From: Vicugna vicugna
Lineage: Eukaryota
NCBI GenBank assembly: GCA_013265495.1
Contig: MU058718.1
Coordinates: 3,486,081 to 3,550,080, forward strand
Direction: 5' to 3'
DNA length: 64,000 nt
The notes beneath the pieces are model-generated. The model searched no databases. It was not told the DNA's origin and worked only from the letters and a program-made list of their open reading frames with translations. Made by a program: the position numbers and the translations under genes. Shown here piece by piece: positions 54,826-64,000 of the stretch; within the stretch, counting starts at the first letter, position 1; each line of letters opens with the position of its first letter.

Positions 54826-55270
54826 GTGAGCCTCTCTCCCTGTGGTCGTGGGTCTCCACTGCTTCATTCATGGGACAGTGCCAGTGAATGCAGGGTCACA
54901 TTTGGAGATGAGGAAAGGCCCTGTTAAAATGTTTATAAGTATTTTCTTCTATACAAAGAACACTTCTCTAAAAAGAAAAGGCCTTCCTCTCTGAACCATC
55001 CTAATTCTAGACTTAGGAGGCAAAAAAAACCCTATTCCGCGGAGAAGTCTGGTGTCAGAGCCAGGAAATCGTCTGGTGATTAGATTTGGGATTTTTCTTG
55101 TAATTACTTTGAATTGCAAATGGATTTTTATTTAGAATGACAGCCATAGCTGCTGTCAGCCCCTCCCTCCACCTTTACTTAATCTTTCTAAGTCTGCACT
55201 TGGCTTCTTGAATATGACTCTGAACTCCATTCAGCATGCAGGAACCTGCCGTTCCAGCCAAGTTCAGTGA

Positions 55271-55420
<150 letters not shown>

Positions 55421-55613
55421 TGAGGGGAGGGGAGCCCTGACTGGAACGCAAGAGGCAGAGAGTATACTTATAATCTGCAAATCCAGTCTGCGTCTCTGAG
55501 AGCCAGAGGCTTGTGCAGTCCCATGGGGCCCCGCTTGCTTTCATTCTCCGCTGGAGCCATCCTGAAACTCTTAATTTTTGTAAAAAAAAAAGGAAAAAAA
55601 AGCCCCACATGTT

Positions 55614-55731
55614 ATGTTGTGGGTTTTGGGGGAGGTAATTAGATTTATTTATTTAATGGGAGTACTGGGGATTGAACCCAGGACCTGTGCATGCTAGGCA
55701 TGCACTCTACCACTGAGCTACACCCTCCCCC
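55614..55731 (-). mobile_element. tRNA-derived SINE, Vic-1-like
   Basis: Reverse complement has TAGCTCAGTGG and GGTTCAATCCC boxes; TSD aagccccacatgtt (55600-55613) vs aagcctcacatgtt (55732-55745). Confidence 0.88.
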
Positions 55732-56106
55732 AAGCCTCACATGTTGTGTAACTGGTCCTGGTTAACAGCACTCATGACATACAGATGGGAGATGGTACCC
55801 TTCTTAATAAAACAGGGTAACAGAGGGCATAAACAAATAGAATCTGTGTTCTTTGTCACCCTCTTTGGGTAGATTTTCTGTTTTTAACACTTAATACCCC
55901 TGAAACTACATGTAAGATTCTAGCAAAGTGTTTCTCCCGCACAGCATTTCTAGCATCCTCTGTGAGCGAAGCCATCCTGTGTCCGGTGGGGCAGGGGCAG
56001 GCGAGCTTTAGGGGGACGTGAGCACATGCCGCAGGCTGACAGAAACTGCTCATTTGGGCTTGACTGCCATCCCTGATTAATGTCACCTTCTCCTTTAAAT
56101 GAAAAG

Positions 56107-56208
56107 AGAATTGGGGAGGACTACGTGAAAGACTTGAGCCAGCTGACGAAGCTACACAGCTTCCTGGGTGATGATGTCTTCCTCCGGGAAATTTCCAACG
56201 TGAAGCAG
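56107..56208 (+). CDS. PYGL: PYGL exon 13
   Basis: [13 protein letters not shown]...SNVKQ; purine-rich aaatgaaaag| acceptor; 102 nt. Confidence 0.95.
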
Positions 56209-56267
56209 GTGGGGCTTCCTGGTGTGGGTTCCTTCCCCGCCACTTGCTGGGAGGGTTGGGGCCCTAG

Positions 56268-56546
<279 letters not shown>

Positions 56547-56608
56547 TAGCTCTCATCATCCCAGCCGTCACCCATCCTCCGCTCCATCCACTTCTCCATC
56601 TTTTTCAG

Positions 56609-56667
56609 GCATTAAAAGAGACCCCAAGAAGTTATTTGTGCCCAGAACAGTGATCATCGGTGGCAAA
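56609..56667 (+). CDS. PYGL: PYGL exon 15
   Basis: IKRDPKKLFVPRTVIIGGK; 59 nt. Confidence 0.97.
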
Positions 56668-56676
56668 GTAAGTTGA

Positions 56677-57015
<339 letters not shown>

Positions 57016-58010
57016 TAGAATGAGGCCCTAAGCTAAGAACTTGTAAGGTGACTCAACTGACACTGAGATGACTGTCCCCACAGTCAATATCACAGACTAC
57101 AGTTGCCAGCACATTTTCCTCCCCACTGGTCGGAGCTGGGTGCTGGAGGAAGTGGCTCCAAGATTTTGGTAATACACACACTGTGCTCTACAAATGGAAA
57201 AAAGGGTCTTCAGTTCCCAGCCCCAGTTTTGTAGTGGAACACCCATTCCCCAGCCCCTAGATACTCTGGTCACCTCATGGAGGGAAGGGCTGTCATTTGC
57301 TCATGTGGCAACAGAGAATGAGGGCAGGTGTCAGGCTGCCAAAGCCGGAGGCTTAGATGTGCCTCAGATTGGCTCTGAGAGCAGGCATGGAGTTCCCACG
57401 TCGGGACAGCTGGACTGGCCAGAAGCCAGCATCCCTTTCTCTTCCACGGGGACCTTTGCTTATTTGCATCTCAAAGCACGATCCACATGCAAATGCTAAT
57501 GCTGTATTCACCCTTTTCCCAAATTGAAAAGGGACCTTTCTCTTTTTGAGGTGTTTTTGGGTCCTCTGATGTTACTGTTTAAGAACTGTCAGCATAAAGA
57601 AAAAGGAGCCAGATTCTTATGGATGCAAATGAAGATATATATCTAATCCACAGATAAGCTCTCAAAGTAAAGCAGAAAATTGGTCTGACCCTTTGAGACT
57701 GGTTGGCGGTGGGCGGAGCTGCAGGCAGCACTAATTTGTGTGTAAATCAGGCTGGCTGTCAGGCCCCAGGCACACCTCCTTACCTGTGGCTCATTTCCCT
57801 GCAGTGAAACTGGAAGGAGGGTGGTGAGAAGTGGAAGGAATGACACAATCCAATTTCCCCAGATTGCGAAAGAGGGGTTGGGAAAGATTCTGAATTTTAA
57901 GAATCAAGAAAGAGAAGTTTCAATGTATTTTGTAAAGTTACAAAATAGAAGAAATAAAAATAAAACTATAACAAAAATTGAAAGGAAGAAGGGGAAGAAG
58001 AGAAACTTAG

Positions 58011-58459
58011 TGTCGATGGAAACATTAATCAGTCAATCTAAGAAAGAAATGGAAAATTTTATTCGAGCCAAACTGAGGATTATAACCTGGGGATAGCCTG
58101 TCAGAAGGCTCTGAGAACTGTTCTGCTCCCAGGAAGTCCAAGCACAGTTATGTAAGTTTTTTGAGACGGAGGGCTTTACCTTAAATGTCGTATCACTGAC
58201 AGTTTACACAGTCGAGATCTGCCAAGTACAGAGTGGTGGGTCATGCAACCCCTTACAAGATGAGGAAGGAATGTTACCCTTTAAGGAGTTGTCTTGTTGG
58301 TGCTAGGAGCATGTTGCTTTTTATGGGTGAACAGGTATTTCTGCTGATGGGGAAGTTTGGCTGACGCACAGCAGAGGGGAGAGGAGGCTAAAGGGCAGAG
58401 AAAATTTTTTATGTTTAAATTTTTCTTGTCTTGCCATAACATATGAATTTTATTTCCCA
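58011..58459 (-). mobile_element. ERV1 (MER4-group-like) solo LTR in PYGL intron 16
   Basis: TG...CA ends; flanks TTAG/GTAG (3 of 4 match); tttattcgagccaaa...ctgagaac motif. Confidence 0.7.
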
Positions 58460-58562
58460 GTAGTGTCAACCTTTATAGCAGAGGTTCAGTAGGTGCTCTT
58501 TAAAGCTGATTGATGAAGAGAGAGTAGTACAAGCATATAGTTGTTTAGCCTTGTGGCCATGA

Positions 58563-58979
<417 letters not shown>

Positions 58980-59903
58980 TGAGAGAGCAGTCCTGCTTGT
59001 TGGGCAGGCGTCTCCCCAGGAGGGTGCCTGCTCACTCAGGCGTACCACTGAGGCAGGTCACAGGAGGTGTGGCAGCAGAACACCTCCCGTGAGTCCCATC
59101 TCCCTGCTGACCACCGACGAGTCCTGGTACACCCAGCAAGTAAAAGCAAAAGGGGTTTGGGCCCAGGTACGTGGGGTCACTGCTATTTGTCATCAGCCAT
59201 GGCAGAGCTGGCCTCGTGAGCTAGTCACTTGTCCACATCTGTGATTTTTTTTCCTTTATCAAAAAAACTGAACTGGTATGTAGTTGAAGTTTTTGCCTAT
59301 AACTTAAACTATCTGATGTTGCTTTACAATCTCAAAGAAATGGACTAAAATATAGTAGAGGATAGGTCTGGTTGTATAGAAGTACCTGGAATACTTGTTC
59401 CACTTAATATCAAGATAGGTTTATTAACCTGGATTAAAATAAGAAATAAAGAAATAGTCCAAAGGAACCACAGGGATCACAAAATTTGGAGGGTGTCAAA
59501 TGTACTTCCCAACCCTTGGGAGTAAATTTTCACTCAGTATCAAAAAATTCAGGATTTGTGAGTCCAAAAACCAAGTGCACACTTGTTTAGAGCTGTAAAG
59601 TCTGCTTTGAAATGAATCCTACTGTATTTTACCAGATTAGACTGTTGCTCTGTGACGAGGAATTTTATTATCTATTGTCCTTAGTGTCTTTGGTTACAAT
59701 GAACTAATCAAATTTAGTGGGGAGAAAAAATTTCAGGATCTGGTTAAACATTATTTATACCCCCGTTGAACTCCACAATGACTGCTGTAAGTGCCAGTAT
59801 TTCTGAATGCATTTTTCACAGCTAATGGAGTGTCTAGTGTTTTGTTAGTCACAGACACTAACAGAACCTTTTCTCATTCTCCTCCCCATCTCCCATTCAA
59901 CAG

Positions 59904-60038
59904 GTACGAGGCAAAAAAATATTATGAGGCACTTCCAGAGCTGAAGCTGGCCATCGATCAAATTGACAAAGGCTTCTTTTCTCCCAACCAGCCCGACCTC
60001 TTCAAAGACTTAATCAACATGCTGTTTTATCATGACAG
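59904..60038 (+). CDS. PYGL: PYGL exon 18
   Basis: [13 protein letters not shown]...LFYHDR; 135 nt. Confidence 0.97.
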
Positions 60039-60494
60039 GTGAGTTCCCAAAAGAAGATGGAGCTATTTGGGCTGTGACAGGGGACGAGAACGTCTTAAAC
60101 TAAATACAGCACAGCCGGCCAGATTAGCCTAGATCTGTGATCCGATAAGCTAACCCAGGCTTGGAAAGAAAAACTAGACATTGTCCACTAACCATGCTGG
60201 GACGATTTAAGCATAAGACCCACAAATCTGGGATTCTTCTTCTCCATCCACCGGTGTACCCAGCTTTCAGATGCATCCATATGATGCTGCTCTTATGTGT
60301 GGGAAGAACCATAGAAAGGCTGAGGGCTGGTTGAAACCCTTGTGAACAGAAATACCAGTTTGGTAAGCCAGCCATGCATTAAGCATTAAGCAAAAGAGAA
60401 TTTTAAATGGAATCTTAGTACACATCTGTTACTGAACTTTCTGTTTTGTTTTTTCCTTCCAATTGCAAAAAAAACCGACAACAAAAAACAACAG

Positions 60495-60561
60495 GTTTAA
60501 AGTCTTTGCCGACTATGAAGCCTATGTCAAGTGTCAAGAAAAAGTCAGTCAGTTGTACATG
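60495..60561 (+). CDS. PYGL: PYGL exon 19
   Basis: [22 protein letters not shown]; 67 nt; A/C-rich acceptor. Confidence 0.96.
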
Positions 60562-61014
60562 GTGAGTACACTGCCGAGACTTATGAAGGAAACCAGTTTA
60601 CTACAGTAGATTAAAATTTTGGTTTCTTTTTTTTTAATCTAAAGAACAGGTCCCCACTAACCAATCAAAAAAGGGAATTGAGGCAGTTCTCTAGTTTTTT
60701 TCAGATCAAAATTTGACTTTTTTCAAGTTCAGGCAGAGATTGGGATTTGAGATTTCAGTAGCAGTTGTAAGTTTTTTAATATCCAAGTTATAAGACACAA
60801 ATAATTCAGTATGTATTAAGCACCCACCATGGAGCCTGCATGTCCTGGAAACTAAGAGTGTGAAGCCAAATTAAATACTCACTTTACCCACTCATGTATT
60901 CAACAGAGAGGCACTGGGGCCTCCTCCACGTTAGGCTCCATGCTGGGCACTGACACCGGTGTGGACAAAGTCTAACCCCTCCCACCTCCTCCCCTCACAG
61001 AGCCCACCAGACGG

Positions 61015-61150
61015 GTTCCTTAACGAGAAGTGCATCAGAATCATCAGATTTTGCAAAGTATAGATGCCCCCTCCTCTGAGAGATTCTGACCCAGTAGTGA
61101 CTGGGATCACCATCAGTATTTGAAAAATCTGCTAAAATGATTCTAAAACT
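61015..61150. mobile_element. MER5-like DNA transposon remnant
   Basis: tgcatcagaatca...gagattctgac...tgattctaa. Confidence 0.5.
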
Positions 61151-61337
61151 GAGGCTTAGCTTATTGGGAAAGTGTTGACCCCTTAGTCTTTGAAAACTGC
61201 AAAATAAGTACCTCTCCTGGACAATCCAAGAAGTGAGGCCAGATGAATAGACTATAAGTGTATAGAAAGAGAGGAGGTTTCATGTTTGAATTTTAAAAAA
61301 GGAAAAAAGAAAAAAGAAACAAGAAAGATTATACTTT

Positions 61338-61478
61338 ACAAGAAGGAAGGAAGGAAGGAAGGAAGGAAAAAGAAAGAGAAAAGAAAGAAAGAAGGAAAGA
61401 AAGAAAGGAAGAAAGAAAGAAAAAGAAAGAAAGAAAGAAAAGGAAGGAAGAGAAAAAGAAGAAAGAAAGAAAGAAGGA

Positions 61479-61513
<35 letters not shown>

Positions 61514-61545
61514 GGAAACAAAAAGAAAAGGAAAAGAAAAAGGCT
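61338..61545. repeat. Polypurine (GAAG)n/(GAAA)n low-complexity tract
   Basis: About 200 nt of almost pure A/G. Confidence 0.95.
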
Positions 61546-61548
61546 GGT

Positions 61549-61698
61549 GGAGGAGGGTATAGCTCAAGTGGTAGAGCACATCTTAGCATGCATGAGGTCC
61601 TGGGTTCACCTGGGTTCAATTCCCAGTACCTCCTTTAAAAATAAATAAATAAATAAACCTAATATCCTCCCTGACCGAAAAAAAGAAAAATTAAAAGA
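61549..61698 (+). mobile_element. tRNA-derived SINE, Vic-1-like, with duplicated B box
   Basis: TAGCTCAAGTGG; (CCTGGGTTCA)2 at 61599-61618; TSD aaaagaaaaaggct at 61532-61545 and 61699-61712. Confidence 0.88.
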
Positions 61699-61854
61699 AA
61701 AAGAAAAAGGCTAGAGTCATGTGAGTAACCCTTCACATGCGAAGTTATACACCTTTACCAACTAGCCCAGCCCTCTCGGTGCATTTAATAAATGTATGGA
61801 AAGGCGATCATCTCTGACAGGAAAGACTTTGAGTGAACGGCAGACACTACAGAA

Positions 61855-61959
61855 GAGGCTATAAAATAAATAGCTTCTTATGATTCTTTTACATAAAATT
61901 ATGAGATTTGAATGTTACATATTTTATTAAGGATAAAGCCTTAATTGATCCTATTTTCA
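61855..61959 (+). repeat. 105-bp direct repeat, copy 1
   Basis: 103/105 identical to 62959-63063 by manual alignment. Confidence 0.95.
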
Positions 61960-62958
61960 GAAGAGAAGACACAGGAGGAGGCTGGCTCTGTGCCAAGACT
62001 GCTGAGTGCCCTTGCCTACTGAGTCTCTGCTTTGGCTCTCCAGCTGGAAAGCCATTATGTGGCAGAACAGTGGGAATCCATAAAATGCCCCCCCTCATGC
62101 CCTTTGACACATCAGTGACCACTTCCAACAGAAACATACTTCACTAACATTTCTTTCTGCTCCTTTCCCAAAGCCAGGTGACAAGGTAGTTCCTAGAGTC
62201 ATCTCACATATTCCACTGGGGTTTTAAAATAGGACCCTTTAAGGTCCATGCTGCTTAACAGCAGATCCAGCTCCTCAAAAGTGTATATAAACCAGAATTT
62301 TATATCCTGCCCAAGGGCAGGCAGTGCTAGAGTTAACGCGGAGTGGCTCACCTCCAGCCTCCTGAACCCTGGAGACAGTCACATCAGCCTCCAAGAACTT
62401 GGAGAGGAAGGGAAATGGCCATCTCTAGCCCCTTCCTCTTGATCTCAGCCCAGGCTTGTATGCAGAAAAGCTTTAAAGGAAAAGAAATGGATGTAAAACA
62501 GAGCGGGAAAGGGCAATGTGAGCGAGGGCAAGTACATATGTGAATGTCAGCTTTCCACAATGGTGCCTTCTGTTAAAATGATGGCCCTAATCCAAAGGGT
62601 GTCCCCCTTGAAGCCCAGCATTTGGTCCCATCTTTCTCGTTCATTAGTGCAAATTGCAGTTTTTAACTCTTCACAGTAATTGTATTGTTGAGGCTTAGAA
62701 AACATGTCCCACATGGTTGGGAAGTTTAGTCATTATCCATTTAAATAAAGAACATGAAGAGAGGAAGCTTTTATTGTCTCATTTTAGTAAGTTTCCAAAG
62801 TCTGAATAAATCCATTTCCGACTCTGCTCTGCAGTACCTTAAGGAATGTTGGTAGTTTTAGTTTTTCTTTTAAATGCTTACAGTATATTGCTATTGGTTT
62901 TAAATAATGTTTTGGTCATTTTCATTGAACTCTTTCTTCAAGTTCTTTATAAAATCAT

Positions 62959-63063
62959 GAGGCTATAAAATAAATAGCTTCTTATAATTCTTTTACATAA
63001 AATTATGAGATTTGAATGTTATATATTTTATTAAGGATAAAGCCTTAATTGATCCTATTTTCA
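62959..63063 (+). repeat. 105-bp direct repeat, copy 2
   Basis: 103/105 identical to 61855-61959. Confidence 0.95.
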
Positions 63064-63645
63064 AATCCCAATGGAATATTTGGGATTCAGTGTAAACCTG
63101 TGGGAGCGTCTACCTTCAGATAGAACCGGAAAAGAGGAGTCAGTGAATCAAGTCTCCCATGGGATTACCTGCCTGCAGGAGAGCTAATATTCTAGAATAG
63201 TATTTTTCAAACTTTGACCGTGAGCCCCAGGGTAAATCTCTTGCATGGCATCTAGCGGACAATGAATGTGATACTCTTTCTTCTCCCTGCTGTTTAAAGA
63301 GAGATGAGGTGTCATCATTCAAAATGAAGCATGGGAATACGGCTTTCCTGCCAAAACATTGTAACCACAGCAAAAATTATCAATTAGAGAACTTACATCC
63401 ATGGTTTCTCTAAAAGTGAAAAATACTTTCTTTTCATTTGTAAGAGAAATATGATCTTAAATAGGAGAAAAGCACGGTCTGCCCTATCCAGCTCTCAACT
63501 CTGAAACAAGTGTGTTTACGATTCACTGCAGTTTACTCCTGTCACTTTCCCCGTGAGTTGTGCTTGGATGTGCTTGGCTTGATGTTTGTCGTAAAGCTTA
63601 GTGGGGACTCGGACCCTGAGCCCTAGGTGCTTGTGTTGCTTACAG

Positions 63646-63822
63646 AATCCAAAGGCTTGGAATACCACGGTACTCAAAAACATAGCTGCCTCGGGGAAGT
63701 TCTCCAGTGACCGAACAATTAAGGAATACGCCCGGGACATCTGGAACATGGAGCCTTCCGATATAAAGATTTCCCTGTCCAGTCAACCTAGCGATGGGGT
63801 GAACAAAGCCAATGGAAAGTAA
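63646..63822 (+). CDS. PYGL: PYGL exon 20 (coding part)
   Basis: NPKAWN...[17 protein letters not shown]...ANGK*; 177 nt including TAA. Confidence 0.97.
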   Translation, partial: NPKAWNTTVLKNIAASGKFSSDRTIKEYARDIWNMEPSDIKISLSSQPSDGVNKANGK

Positions 63823-63969
63823 GTTGTAAAATGTCCCTAGAGAAAAAATGCTTCTTACTGGACTTGAACATTTTTACGACATTCTTTGATTTTATTTTGT
63901 TAGCTAATAATCCAGTTAAGTATCTCTGGGAATTGAGAGGGGAAAGTGTATGACTCTGTTAGCGCTAAA

Positions 63970-63975
63970 AATAAA
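63970..63975 (+). terminator. PYGL: PYGL polyadenylation signal
   Basis: First AATAAA after the stop codon, about 150 nt downstream. Confidence 0.8.
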
Positions 63976-64000
63976 TTGTCAATTCCCAAAGGCTTCATGG

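Noticed and set aside
61280..61648. Lys/Arg/Glu-rich and Phe/Ser/Leu-rich ORFs
   Set aside because: Translations of the GAAA microsatellite.

Overview
Eukaryotic (mammalian) genomic DNA, most likely a camelid: it carries three tRNA-derived SINEs that look like the camelid Vic-1 family, and I saw no Bov-tA, CHR or PRE-1 elements. Two known genes lie on the + strand. (1) The 3' end of TRIM9: two short frame-preserving cassette exons (42 nt and 24 nt), three exons encoding the B30.2/SPRY domain and C-terminus, and a ~2 kb 3' UTR. (2) A complete, intact 20-exon PYGL (liver glycogen phosphorylase): CDS 27864-63822, 2556 nt, 851 aa, with a CpG-island promoter. The rest is intron or intergenic DNA with L1, L2, MIR, MER5 and solo-LTR remnants. 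Nearly all ORFs in the supplied track are spurious or are single exons read into introns. I found no evidence of a new gene system. The items most worth a second look are: the TRIM9 microexon pair with a GC donor and neural splicing motifs; an orphan CCAAT/NRF1/GC-box promoter-like module just past TRIM9; tandem CTCF-like sites between the genes; a TSD-flanked ERV1-type solo LTR 2.2 kb upstream of PYGL; two L1 insertions with probable 3' transductions; atypical PYGL splice sites; and a 105-bp non-tandem duplication in PYGL intron 19. Repeat family names and orthologue comparisons come from recognition, not from database searches.
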